64,000 bases of DNA from Eledone cirrhosa. Lineage: Eukaryota. The notes below the pieces were generated by a model that did not search any database, was not told where the DNA came from, and saw only the letters and a program-made list of their open reading frames with translations. Positions 36,841 through 53,600 of this stretch are shown here, in pieces. A program made the position numbers and the translations under genes. The stretch covers positions 412,982,001-413,046,000 of the forward strand of contig OZ024741.1 of assembly GCA_964016885.1 (NCBI GenBank), given 5' to 3'. Numbering within the stretch: position 1 is the stretch's first letter; each line of letters starts with the position of its first letter.

Positions 36841-39544
36841 TTTTTACCACCCAACACTCCCTTCATCATATTTCGAATGTATAAGATGAATATGGTTCTT
36901 GTAGAAAAATACTGTCAATAACACCACCACCATTACCTATACAACACTGTTGCCCCCATACCATCACACCACCAACACCACCATTACCTATACAACACTG
37001 TCCTCCCTTACCATCACACCACCACCACCACCATTACCTATACAACACTGTCCTGCCTTACCACACACCACCACCATTACCTATACAACACTGTCCCCCC
37101 TTACCATCACACCACCACCACCACCTATACAACACTGTCCTCCCATACCATCACACCACCACCACCATTACCTATACAACACTGTCCTCCCTTACCATCA
37201 CACCACCACCACCACTATTACCTATACAACACTGTCCTCCCTTACCACACACCACCACCACCACCACCACCATTACCTATACAACACTGTCCTCCCTTAC
37301 CATCACACCACCACCACCACCTATACAACACTGTCCTCCCATACCATCACACCACCACCACCACCATTACCTATACAACACTGTCCCCCCCTTACCATCA
37401 CACCACCACCACCACCATTACCTATACAACACTGTTGCCCCCATACCATCACACCACCACCACCACCATTACCTATACAACACTGTCCTCCCTTACCATC
37501 ACACCACCACCACCACCATTACCTATACAACACTGTCCCCCCTTACCATCACACCACCACCACCAACATTACCTATACAACACTGTCCTCCCTTACCATC
37601 ACACCACCACCACCACCATTACCTATACAACACTGTCCCCCCTTACCATCACACCACCACCACCAACATTACCTATACAACACTGTTGCCCCCATACCAT
37701 CACACCACCACCACCACCATTACCTATACAACACTGTCTTCCCTTACCATCACACCACCACCACCAACATTACCTATACAACACTGTTGCCCCCATACCA
37801 TCACACCACCACCACCACCACCATTACCTATACAACACTGTCTTCCCTTACCATCACACCACCATCACCACCATTAACTATACAACACAGTCCTCCCTTA
37901 CCATCACACCACCACCACCACCATTACCTATACAACACTGTCCTCCCTTACCACACACCACCACCACCACCATTACCTATACAACACTGTCCCCCCTTAC
38001 CATCACACCACCATTACCTATACAACACTGTCCTCCCTTACCTTCACACCACCACCACCACCATTACCTATACAACATTGTCCTCCCTTACCATCACACC
38101 ACTACCAACATTACCTATACAACACTGTCCTCCCTTACCATCACACCACCACTAACAACATTACCTATACAACACTGTCCCCCCTTACCATCACAACACC
38201 ACCACCATTACCTATACAACACTGTCCCCTGCCATACCATCACACCACCACTACCAACATTACCTATACAACACTGTCCCCCCTTACCATCACACCACCA
38301 CCACCATTACCTATACAACACTGTCCCCTGCCATACCATCACACCACCACCACCACCACCACCTATACAACACTGTCCTCCCTTACCATCACACAACCAC
38401 CATTACCTATACAACACTGTCCCCCCTTACCATCACACCACCACCATTACCTATACAACACTGTCCCCCCTTACCATCACACCACCACCACCACCATTAC
38501 CTATACAACACTGTCCTCCCTTATCATCACACCACCACCCTTACCTATACAACACTGTCCCCCCTTACCATCACACCACCACCACCACCACCTATACAAC
38601 ACTGTCCCCCCTTACCATCACACCACCACCACCACCATTACAACACTGTCCCCCCTTACCATCACACCACCACCATTACCTATACAACACTGTCCCCCTT
38701 ACCATCACACCACCACCATCATTACCTATACAAAACTATCCTCCCATACCATCACACCACCACCACAACCATTACCTATACAACACTGTACCCCCTTACC
38801 ATCACACCACCATTACCTATACAACACTGTCCTCCCTTACCATCACACCACCACCACCACCACCATTACCTATACAACACTGTCCCCCCTTATCATCACA
38901 CCACAACCACCAACATTACCTATACAACACTGTCCCCCGTTACCATCACACCACCACCACCACCTATACAGCACTCTCCCCCCTTACCATCACACCACCA
39001 CCACCACCACCACCACCTATACAACACTGTCCCCCCTTACCATCACACCACCATTACCTATACAACACTGTCCTCCCTTACCATCACACCACCACCACCA
39101 TTACCTATACAACACTGTCCTCCCTTACCATCACACCACCACCACCACCACCATTACCTATACAACACTGTCCCCCCTTACCATCACACCACTACCACCA
39201 CCATTACCTATACAACACTGTCCCCCCTTACCATCACACCACTACCACCACCATTACCTATACAACACTGTCCCCCCTTACCATCAAACCACCACCACCA
39301 TTAACTATACAACACTGTTGCCTCCATGCCATCACACCACCACCACCACCATTACCTATACAACACTGTTGCCCCCATACCATCACACCACCACCACCAC
39401 CATTACCTATACAACACTGTCCTCCCCTACCACACACCACCACCATTACCTATACAACACTGTCCCCCCTTACCATCACACCACCACCACCACCTATACA
39501 ACACTGTCCTCCCTTACCACACACCACCAACACCACCAGCACCA

Positions 39545-40452
39545 TCTATATATATAAAACTGTGGTTGTCTGTCTGTCTATCGATTTTTGGCACACATCT
39601 CCTCTTAGAATCTCTGACGGAATTGCACCGAAATTGCTATACTTGTACATTGAGCCCTAGCGAAGACATCGGAAAAAATATTTCAAATTGACCCGCCCTA
39701 TGTGACGAAATCGAATATAATGTACGATTTTTGAGCGTAAGTTATCAGTTATTTCCCTTTGTTCTGTTTACATTGAGCGTCTTACGTAAAAAATTACGCT
39801 GGCTTTCTCAGCGTTTAAAATGACATTAACACAATACAGGAACAGTTGTCGAGCCAGCAAAATATTGACCTGCAAAATTCATCAGTTCGAACACTAGGTT
39901 TCCGTTTTGCTTCATTTCCATTTAAAAGCATTTTAAAACAATATTTTTACTTGAAAACAAGTCTATTTAAAGACTACGTAAAACAAGCAAATATTTCGTC
40001 GTTAGGCGTGCAGACAGACAGTCGTGCAGACAGACAGTCGTGCAGAGAGGTGATATAGGCGTGCAGACAGACAGTCGTGCAGAGAGGTGATATAGGCGTG
40101 CAGACAGACAGTCGTGCAGAGAGGTGATATAGGCGTGCAGACAGACATAACTGATAATTTGGTTACGCTAATGTTTTTCTCTGCGTTGCAGTGTTTACAT
40201 TTTCGATCTTTGTTAATAAATAACCAGTGCAGTTTCTATCCCCAGCATCCTCTTTTGTTATAACATTCGGGTTATCGTTATGTTTTCTTAACTTCATAAG
40301 GCATATTGTTGGTTGAGGGAATATTAATCAAAAACACCACATGCAAGTCTGCACAGTAGACACTACAGTTTTTAAGCCAAGAAAGAAACTTAACATTGTA
40401 ACTTTAACAGAGCTACTGAGCGACCCCGAGCAACGCCGGGCTTTACTGCTAG
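39545..40452 (+). mobile_element. Non-autonomous Helitron, 908 bp, inserted at A|T in the satellite
   Basis: 5' TCTATATATATAAAAC; 3' CCC-GAGCAACGCC-GGG hairpin then CTAG; target ACCA|TTACC with no TSD; internal 37-bp tandem repeat ~40003-40148. Confidence 0.88.
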
Positions 40453-43400
40453 TTACCTATACAACACTGTCCCCCCTTACCATCACACCACCACCACCAC
40501 CTATACAACACTGTCTCCCATACCACCACACCACCACCACCACCATTACCTATACAACACTGTCTTCCCTTACCATCACACCACCATCACCACCATTACC
40601 TATACAACACAGTCCTCCCTTACCATCACACCACCACCACCACCATTACCTGTACAACACTGTCCCCCCTTACAATCACACCACCACTACCACCATTACC
40701 TATACAACACTGTCCTCCCTTACCATCACACCATCACCACCACCATTATCTGTACAACACTGTCCCCCCTTACCATCACACCACCACTACCACCATTACC
40801 TATACAACACTGTCCTCCCTTACCATCACACCACCACTACCCCATTACCTATACAACACTGTCCTCCCTTACCATCACACCACCACTACCAACATTGCCT
40901 ATACAACACTGTCCTCCCTTACCATCACACCACCACTACCAACATTACCTATACAACACTGTCCTCCCTTACCACACACCACCACCATTACCTATACAAC
41001 ACTGTCCCCCCCTTACAATCACACCACCGTTACCTATACAACACAGTCCTCCCTTACCATCACACCATCACCACCACCATTACCTGTACAACACTGTCAT
41101 CCCTTACCATCACACCACCACTACCACCATTACCTATACAACACTGTCCTCCCTTACCATCACACCACCACTACCAACATTACCTATACAACACTGTCCT
41201 CCCTTACCATCACACCACCACTACCAACATTACCTATACAACACTGTCCTCCCTTACCATCACACCACCACTACCAACATTACCTATACAACACTGTCCC
41301 CCCTTACCATCACACCACCACCACTGTTACCTATACAACACTGTCCTCTCTTACCATGACTCCACCACCACCGTTACCTATACAACACTGTCCTCCCTTA
41401 CCATCACACCACCACTACCAACATTACCTATACAACACTGTCCCCCCTTACCATCACACCACCACCACTGTTACCTATACAACACTGTCCTCTCTTACCA
41501 TCACACCACCACCACCACCGTTACCTATACAACACTGTCCTCCCTTACCATCACACCACCACTACCAACATTACCTATACAACACTGTCCTCCCTTAGCA
41601 TCACACCACCACCACCACCACCACCTATTCAACACTGTCCCCCCTTACCATCACACAACCACCATTACCTATTCAACACTGTCCCCCCTTACCATCACAC
41701 CACCACCACCACCATTACATATACAACACTGTCCCCCGTTACCATCACAACACCACCACCACCATTACCTATACAACACTGTCCCCCCTTACCATCACAC
41801 CACCACCACCTATTCAACACTGTCCCCCCTTACCATCACACAACCACCATTACCTATTCAACACTGTCCCCCCTTACCATCACACCACCACCACCACCAT
41901 TACATATACAACACTGTCCCCCCTTACCATCACACCACCACCATTACCTATACAACACTGTCTTCCCTTACCATCACACCACCACCACCACCATTACCTA
42001 TACAACACTGTCTTCCCTTACCATCACACCACCACCACCAACATTACCTATACAACACTGTTGCCCCCATACCATCACACCACCACCACCACCATTACCT
42101 ATACAACACTGTCTTCCCTTACCATCACACCACCATCACCACCATTACCTATACAACACAGTCCTCCCTTACCATCACACCACCACCACCACCATTACCT
42201 ATACAACACTGTCCTCCCTTACCACACACCACCACCACCACCATTACCTATACAACACTGTCCCCCCTTACCATCACACCACCATTACCTATACAACACT
42301 GTCCTCCCTTACCTTCACACCACCACCACCACCATTACCTATACAACATTGTCCTCCCTTACCATCACACCACTACCAACATTACCTATACAACACTGTC
42401 CTCCCTTACCATCACACCACCACTAACAACATTACCTATACAACACTGTCCCCCCTTACCATCACACCACCACCACCATTACCTATACAACACTGTCCCC
42501 TGCCATACCATCACACCACCACTACCAACATTACCTATACAACACTGTCCCCCCTTACCATCACACCACCACCACCATTACCTATACAACACTGTCCCCT
42601 GCCATACCATCACACCACCACCACCACCACCACCTATACAACACTGTCCTCCCTTACCATCACACAACCACCATTACCTATACAACACTGTCCCCCCTTA
42701 CCATCACACCACCACCACCACCATTACCTATACAACACTGTCCTCCCTTATCATCACACCACCACCCTTACCTATACAACACTGTCCCCCCTTACCATCA
42801 CACCACCACCACCACCACCTATACAACACTGTCCCCCCTTACCATCACACCACCACCACCACCATTACCTATACAACACTGTCCCCCCTTACCATCACAC
42901 CACCACCACCACCATTACCTATACAACACTGTCCCCCCTTACCATCACACCACCACCATTACCTATACAACACTGTCCCCCTTACCATCACACCACCACC
43001 ACCATTACCTATACAAAACTATCCTCCCATACCATCACACCACCACCACAACCATTACCTATACAACACTGTACCCCCTTACCATTACACCACCATTACC
43101 TATACAACACTGTCCTCCCTTACCATCACACCACCACCACCACCACCATTACCTATACAACACTGTCCCCCCTTATCATCACACCACAACCACCAACATT
43201 ACCTATACAACACTGTCCCCCGTTACCATCACACCACCACCACCACCTATACAGCACTCTCCCCCCTTACCATCACACCACCACCACCACCACCACCTAT
43301 ACAACACTGTCCCCCCTTACCATCACACCACCATTACCTATACAACACTGTCCTCCCTTACCATCACACCACCACCACCACCACCATTACCTATACAACA

Positions 43401-43777
43401 CTGTCCCCCCTTACCATCACACCACTACCACCACCATTACCTATACAACACTGTCCCCCCTTACCATCACACCACTACCACCACCATTACCTATACAACA
43501 CTGTCCCCCCTTACCATCACACCACCACCACCATTAACTATACAACACTGTTGCCTCCATGCCATCACACCACCACCACCACCATTACCTATACAACACT
43601 GTTGCCCCCATACCATCACACCACCACCACCACCATTACCTATACAACACTGTCCTCCCCTACCACACACCACCACCATTACCTATACAACACTGTCCCC
43701 CCTTACCATCACACCACCACCACCACCTATACAACACTGTCCTCCCTTACCACACACCACCAACACCACCAGCATCA

Positions 43778-44685
43778 TCTATATATATAAAACTGTGGTT
43801 GTCTGTCTGTCTATCGATTTTTGGCACACATCTCCTCTTAGAATCTCTGACGGAATTGCACCGAAATTGCTATACTTGTACATTGAGCCCTAGCGAAGAC
43901 ATCGGAAAAAATATTTCAAATTGACCCGCCCTATGTGACGAAATCGAATATAATGTACGATTTTTGAGCGTAAGTTATCAGTTATTTCCCTTTGTTCTGT
44001 TTACATTGAGCGTCTTACGTAAAAAATTACGCTGGCTTTCTCAGCGTTTAAAATGACATTAACACAATACAGGAACAGTTGTCGAGCCAGCAAAATATTG
44101 ACCTGCAAAATTCATCAGTTCGAACACTAAGCTTCCGTTTTGCTTCATTTCCATTTAAAAGCATTTTAAAACAATATTTTTACTTGAAAACAAGTCTATT
44201 TAAAGACTACGTAAAACAAGCAAATATTTCGTCGTTAGGCGTGCAGACAGACAGTCGTGCAGACAGACAGTCGTGCAGAGAGGTGATATAGGCGTGCAGA
44301 CAGACAGTCGTGCAGAGAGGTGATATAGGCGTGCAGACAGACAGTCGTGCAGAGAGGTGATATAGGCGTGCAGACAGACATAACTGATAATTTGGTTACG
44401 CTAATGTTTTTCTCTGCGTTGCAGTGTTTACATTTTCGATCTTTGTTAATAAATAACCAGTGCAGTTTCTATCCCCAGCATCCTCTTTTGTTATAACATT
44501 CGGGTTATCGTTATGTTTTCTTAACTTCATAAGGCATATTGTTGGTTGAGGGAATATTAATCAAAAACACCACATGCAAGTCTGCACAGTAGACACTACA
44601 GTTTTTAAGCCAAGAAAGAAACTTAACATTGTAACTTTAACAGAGCTACTGAGCGACCCCGAGCAACGCCGGGCTTTACTGCTAG
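43778..44685 (+). mobile_element. Second copy of the 908-bp Helitron, duplicated together with its satellite flanks
   Basis: Nearly identical to 39545-40452, 4233 bp downstream, same flanking variants. Confidence 0.88.
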
Positions 44686-47600
44686 TTACCTATACAACAC
44701 TGTCCCCCCTTACCATCACACCACCACCACCACCTATACAACACTGTCTCCCATACCACCACACCACCACCACCACCATTACCTATACAACACTGTCCCC
44801 CCTTACCATCTCACCACCACCACCACCATTACCTATACAACACTGTCTTCCCTTACCATCACACCACCATCACCACCATTACCTATACAACACAGGCCTC
44901 CCTTACCATCACACCACCACCACCACCATTACCTGTACAACACTGTCCCCCCTTACAATCACACCACCACTACCACCATTACCTATACAACACTGTCCTC
45001 CCTTACCATCACACCATCACCACCACCATTATCTGTACAACACTGTCCCCCCTTACCATCACACCACCACTACCACCATTACCTATACAACACTGTCCTC
45101 CCTTACCATCACACCACCACTACCCCATTACCTATACAACACTGTCCTCCCTTACCATCACACCACCACTACCAACATTGCCTATACAACACTGTCCTCC
45201 CTTACCATCACACCACCACTACCAACATTACCTATACAACACTGTCCTCCCTTACCACACACCACCACCATTACCTATACAACACTGTCCCCCCTTACAA
45301 TCACACCACCGTTACCTATACAACACAGTCCTCCCTTACCATCACACCATCACCACCACCATTACCTGTACAACACTGTCATCCCTTACCATAACACCAC
45401 CACTACCACCATTACCTATACAACACTGTCCTCCCTTACCATCACACCACCACTACCAACATTACCTATACAACACTGTCCTCCCTTACCATCACACCAC
45501 CACTACCAACATTACCTATACAACACTGTCCTCCCTTACCATCACACCACCACTACCAACATTACCTATACAACACTGTCCCCCCTTACCATCACACCAC
45601 CACCACTGTTACCTATACAACACTGTCCTCTCTTACCATGACTCCACCACCACCGTTACCTATACAACACTGTCCTCCCTTACCATCACACCACCACCAA
45701 CATTACCTATACAACACTGTCCCCCCTTACCATCACAACACCACCACCACCATTACCTATACAACACTGTCCCCCCTTACCATCACACCACCACCACCTA
45801 TTCAACACTGTCCCCCCTTACCATCACACAACCACCATTACCTATTCAACACTGTCCCCCCTTACCATCACACCACCACCACCACCATTACATATACAAC
45901 ACTGTCCCCCCTTACCATCACACCACCACCACCACCATTACCTATACAACACTGTCTTCCCTTACCATCACACCACCACCACCACCATTACCTATACAAC
46001 ACTGTCCCCCCTTACCATCACACCACCACCACCACCATTACCTATACAACACTGTCTTCCCTTACCATCACACCACCACCACCACCACCACCACCTATTC
46101 AACACTGTCCCCCCTTACCATCACACAACCACCATTACCTATTCAACACTGTCCCCCCTTACCATCACACCACCACCACCACCATTACCTATACAACACT
46201 GTCCCCCCTTACCATCACACCACCACCACCACCATTACCTGTACAACACTGTCCCCCCTTACAATCACACCACCATTACCTATACAACATAGTCCTCCCT
46301 TACAGTCACACCATCACCACCACCATTATCTGTACAACACTGTCCCCCCTTACCATCACACCACCACTACCAACATTGCCTATACAACACTGTCCTCCCT
46401 TACCACACACCACCACCATTACCTATACAACACTGTCCCCCCTTACCATCACACCACCACCACCACCATTGCCTATACAACACTGTCCTCCCTTACCATC
46501 ACACCACCACCACCACCTATACAACACTGTCCTCCCTTACCATCACACCACCACCACCACCGTTACCTATACAACACTGTCCTCCCTTACCATGACACCA
46601 CCACCACCACCATTACCTATACAACACTGTCCTCCCTTACCATCACACCACCACTACCAACATTACCTATACAACACTGTCCCCCCTTACCATCACACCA
46701 CCACTACCAACATTACCTATACAACACTGTCCTCCCTTACCATCACACCACCACTACCAACATTACCTATACAACACTGTCCCCCCTTACCATCACACCA
46801 CCACCACCACCATTACCTATACAACACTGTCCTCCCTTACCATCACACCACCACCACCACCGTTACCTATACAACACTGTCCTCCCTTACCATGACTCCA
46901 CCACCACCACCATTACCTATACAACACTGTCCCCCCTTACCATCACATCACCACCAACATTACCTATACAACACTGTCCCCCCTTACCATCACACCACCA
47001 CCACCATTACCTATACAACACTGTCCCCTGCCATACCATCACACCACCACTACCAACATTACCTATACAACACTGTCCTCCCTTACCATCACACCACCAC
47101 CACCACCATTACCTATACAACACTGTCCTCCCTTACCATCACACCACCACCACCACCGTTACCTATACAACACTGTCCTCCCTTACCATGACACCACCAC
47201 CACCACCATTACCTATACAACACTGTCCTCCCTTACCATCACACCACCACTACCAACATTACCTATACAACACTGTCCCCCCTTACCATCACACCACCAC
47301 TACCAACATTACCTATACAACACTGTCCTCCCTTACCATCACACCACCACTACCAACATTACCTATACAACACTGTCCCCCCTTACCATCACACCACCAC
47401 CACCACCATTACCTATACAACACTGTCCTCCCTTACCATCACACCACCACCACCACCGTTACCTATACAACACTGTCCTCCCTTACCATCACACCACCAC
47501 CACCACCGTTACCTATACAACACTGTCCTCCCTTACCATGACTCCACCACCACCACCATTACCTATACAACACTGTCCCCCCTTACCATCACACCACCAC

Positions 47601-50600
47601 TACCAACATTACCTATACAACACTGTCCCCCCTTACCATCACACCACCACCACCATTACCTATACAACACTGTCCCCTGCCATACCATCACACCACCACC
47701 ACCACCATTACCTATACAACACTCTCCTCCCTTACCACACACCACCACCACCACCATTACCTGTACAACACTGTCCCCCTTACAATCACACCACCATTAC
47801 CTGTACAACACTGTCCCCCCTTACCATCACACCACCACCACCACCATTACCTATACAACACTGTCCCCCATTACCATCACACCACCACCACCATTACCTA
47901 TACAACACTGTCCTCCCTTACCATCACACCACCACTACCAACATTACCTATACAACACTGTCCTCCCTTACCACACACCACCACCACCATTACCTGTACA
48001 ACACTGTCCCCCCTTACCATCACACCACCACCACCATTACCTATACAACACTGTCCTCCCTTACCATCACACCACCACTACCACCATTACCTATACAACA
48101 CGGTCCTCCCTTACCATCACACCACTACCACCACCATTACCTGTACAACACTGTCCCCCCTTACCATCACACCACCACTACCAACATTACCTATACAACA
48201 CGGTCCTCCCTTGCCATCACACCACCACCACCATTACTTATACAACACTGTACTCCCTTACCATCACACCACTACCACCACCATTACCTATACAACACTG
48301 TCCCCTGCCATACCATCACACCACCACTACCAACATTACCTATACAACACTGTCCTCCCTTAGCATCACACCACCACCACCACCACCTATTCAACACTGT
48401 CCCCCCTTACCATCACACAACCACCATTACCTATACAACACTGTCCCCTCTTACCATCACACCACCACCACCATTACCTATACAACACTGTCCCCCGTTA
48501 CCGTCACACCACCACCACCACCTCCACCACCTAATCAACACTTTCCCCCCTTACCATCACACCACCACCACCACCACCTATACAACACTGTCCCCCCTTA
48601 GCATCACACCACCACCATTACCTATACAACACTGTCCCTCCCTTACCATCACACCACCAGCATTACCTATACAACACTGTCCTCCCTTACCATCACACCA
48701 CCACCACCATTACCTATACAACACTGTCCCCCCTTACCACCACTACCAACATTACCTATATAACACTGTCCCCCCTTACTATCACACCACAACCACCACC
48801 ATTACCTATACAACACTGTACCCCCTTACCATCACACCACCACCACCACCATTACCTATACAACACTGTACCCCCTTACCATCACACCACCACCACCACC
48901 ACCATTACCTATACAACACTGTCCCCCTTACCATCACACCACCACCACCATTACCTATACAACACTGTGCTCCCATACCATCACACCACCACCATTACCT
49001 ATACAACACTGTCCCCCGTTACCATCACACCACCACCACCATTACCTATACAACACTGTCCCCCCTTACCATCACACAACCACCACCATTACCTATACAA
49101 CACTGTCCCCCATTACCATCACACCACCACCACCACCATTACCTATACAACACTGTCCCCCGTTACCATCACACCACCACCACCACCTATACAGCACTCT
49201 CCTCCCTTACCATCACACCACCACCACCACCACCACCTATACAACACTGTCCCCCCTTACCATCACACCACCACCACCACCATTACCTATACAACACTGT
49301 CCTCCCTTACCATCACACCACCACCACCACCACCATTACCTATACAACACTGTCCTCCCTTACCATCACACCACCACCACCACCACCATTACCTATACAA
49401 CACTGTCCCCCCTTATCATCACACCACAACCACCAACATTACCTATACAACACTATCCCCCCTTACCATCACACCACTACCACCACCATTACCTATACAA
49501 CACTGTCCCCCCTTACCATCACACCACCACCACCATTAACTATACAACACTGTTGCCTCCATACCATCACACCAACACCACCACCATTACCTATACAACA
49601 CTGTCCTCCCTTACCATCACACCACCACCACCACCACTATTACCTATACAACACTGTCCTCCCTTACCATCACACCACCATCATCACCATTACCTGTACA
49701 ACACTGTCCTCCCTTACCATCACACCACCATTACCTATACAACACAGTCCCCCCTTACCATCACACCACCACCACCACCACCACCACCATTACCTGTACA
49801 ACACTTCCAACCCTTACCATCACACCACCACCAACATTACGTATACAACACTGTCCCCCATACCATCACACCACCACCACCTATACAACACTTTCCTCCC
49901 TTATCATCACACCACCACCATTACCTATACAACACTGTCCCTCCTTACCATCACACCACCATTACCTATACAACACTGTTCCCGGCCATACCATCACACC
50001 ACCACCAACACCATTACCTATACAACACTGTCCCTCCTTACCATCACACCACCACCACCACCACCTCCACCTATACAACACGCTCCCCCCTTACCATCAC
50101 ACCACCACCACCACCATTACCTATACAACACTGTCCTCCCTTACCATCAAACCACCAACATTACCTATACAACACTGTCCCCCCTTACCATCACACCACC
50201 ACCAGAACCATTACCTATACAACACTGTCCCCCCTTACCATCACACCACCACCACCATTACCTATACAACACTGTCCTCCCATACCATCACAATACCCCC
50301 ACCACCATTACCTATACAGCACTTTCCCCCGTTACCATCACACCACCACCACCATTACCTATACAACACTATCCCCTTTTACCATCACACCACCACCACC
50401 ATTACCTATACAACACTGTCCCCCGTTACCATCACACTACAACCATTACCTATACAGCACTGTCCCCCCTTACCATCACACCACCACCACCACCTATACA
50501 ACACTGTCCCCCCTTACCATCACACCACCACCAACACCATTACCTATACAACACTGTCCTCCCTTACCATCACACCACCACCATTACCTATACAACACTG

Positions 50601-53600
50601 TCCTCCCTTACCATCTCACCACCACTACCAATATTACCTATACAACACTGTCCCCCCCTTACCATCACACCAGCACCACCACCATTACCTATACAACACT
50701 GTCCCCCTTTACCATCACACCACCACCACCATTACCTATACAACACTGTTGCCCCCATACCATCACTCCACCACCACCACCATTACCTATACAACACTGT
50801 CCTCCCTTACCATTACACCACCACCACCACCATTACCTATACAACACTGTCCTCCCTTACCATCACACCACCATCACCACCATTACCTATACAACACTGT
50901 CCTCACTTACCATCACACCACCACCACCACCATTACCTATACAACACTGTCCCCCCTTACCATCACACCACCACCACCACCATTACCTATACAACACTTT
51001 CCTCCCTTACCATCACACCACCACCATTACCTATACAACACTGTCCCCCCTTACCATCACACCACCACCATTACCTATACAACACTGTTCCCGGCCATAC
51101 CATCACACCACCACCAACACCATTACCTATACAACACTGTCCTCCCTTACCATCACACCACCATCACCACCATTACCTATACAACACTGTCCTCACTTAC
51201 CATCACACCACCACCACCACCATTACCTATACAACACTGTCCCCCCTTACCATCACACCACCACTACCAACATTGCCTATACAACACTGTCCTCCCTTAC
51301 CACACACCACCACCATTACCTATACAACACTGTCCCCCCTTACCATCACACCACCACCACCACCATTGCCTATACAACACTGTCCTCCCTTACCATCACA
51401 CCACCACCACCACCATTACCTATACAACACTGTCCTCCCTTACCATCACACCACCACCACCACCACCGTTACCTATACAACACTGTCCTCCCTTACCATG
51501 ACACCACCACCACCACCATTACCTATACAACACTGTCCTCCCTTACCATCACACCACCACTACCAACATTACCTATACAACACTGTCCCCCCTTACCATC
51601 ACACCACCACTACCAACATTACCTATACAACACTGTCCTCCCTTACCATCACACCACCACTACCAACATTACCTATACAACACTGTCCCCCCTTACCATC
51701 ACACCACCACCACCACCATTACCTATACAACACTGTCCTCCCTTACCATCACACCACCACCACCACCGTTACCTATACAACACTGTCCTCCCTTACCATG
51801 ACTCCACCACCACCACCATTACCTATACAACACTGTCCCCCCTTACCATCACATCACCACCAACATTACCTATACAACACTGTCCCCCCTTACCATCACA
51901 CCACCACCACCATTACCTATACAACACTGTCCCCTGCCATACCATCACACCACCACTACCAACATTACCTATACAACACTGTCCTCCCTTACCATCACAC
52001 CACCACCACCACCATTACCTATACAACACTGTCCTCCCTTACCATCACACCACCACCACCACCGTTACCTATACAACACTGTCCTCCCTTACCATGACAC
52101 CACCACCACCACCATTACCTATACAACACTGTCCTCCCTTACCATCACACCACCACTACCAACATTACCTATACAACACTGTCCCCCCTTACCATCACAC
52201 CACCACTACCAACATTACCTATACAACACTGTCCTCCCTTACCATCACACCACCACTACCAACATTACCTATACAACACTGTCCCCCCTTACCATCACAC
52301 CACCACCACCACCATTACCTATACAACACTGTCCTCCCTTACCATCACACCACCACCACCACCGTTACCTATACAACACTGTCCTCCCTTACCATCACAC
52401 CACCACCACCACCGTTACCTATACAACACTGTCCTCCCTTACCATGACTCCACCACCAGCACCATTACCTATACAACACTGTCCCCCCTTACCATCACAC
52501 CACCACTACCAACATTACCTATACAACACTGTCCCCCCTTACCATCACACCACCACCACCATTACCTATACAACACTGTCCCCTGCCATACCATCACACC
52601 ACCACCACCACCATTACCTATACAACACTCTCCTCCCTTACCACACACCACCACCACCACCATTACCTGTACAACACTGTCCCCCTTACAATCACACCAC
52701 CATTACCTGTACAACACTGTCCCCCCTTACCATCACACCACCACCACCACCATTACCTATACAACACTGTCCCCCATTACCATCACACCACCACCACCAT
52801 TACCTATACAACACTGTCCTCCCTTACCATCACACCACCACTACCAACATTACCTATACAACACTGTCCTCCCTTACCACACACCACCACCACCATTACC
52901 TGTACAACACTGTCCCCCCTTACCATCACACCACCACCACCATTACCTATACAACACTGTCCTCCCTTACCATCACACCACCACTACCACCATTACCTAT
53001 ACAACACTGTCCTCCCTTACCATCACACCACCACTACCAACATTACCTATACAACACGGTCCTCCCTTGCCATCACACCACCACCACCATTACTTATACA
53101 ACACTGTACTCCCTTACCATCACACCACTACCACCACCATTACCTATACAACACTGTCCCCTGCCATACCATCACACCACCACTACCAACATTACCTATA
53201 CAACACTGTCCTCCCTTAGCATCACACCACCACCACCACCACCTATTCAACACTGTCCCCCCTTACCATCACACAACCACCATTACCTATACAACACTGT
53301 CCCCTCTTACCATCACACCACCACCACCATTACCTATACAACACTGTCCCCCGTTACCGTCACACCACCACCACCACCTCCACCACCTAATCAACACTTT
53401 CCCCCCTTACCATCACACCACCACCACCACCACCTATACAACACTGTCCCCCCTTAGCATCACACCACCACCATTACCTATACAACACTGTCCCTCCCTT
53501 ACCATCACACCACCAGCATTACCTATACAACACTGTCCTCCCTTACCATCACACAACCACCACCATTACCTATACAACACTGTCCCCCCTTACCACCACT

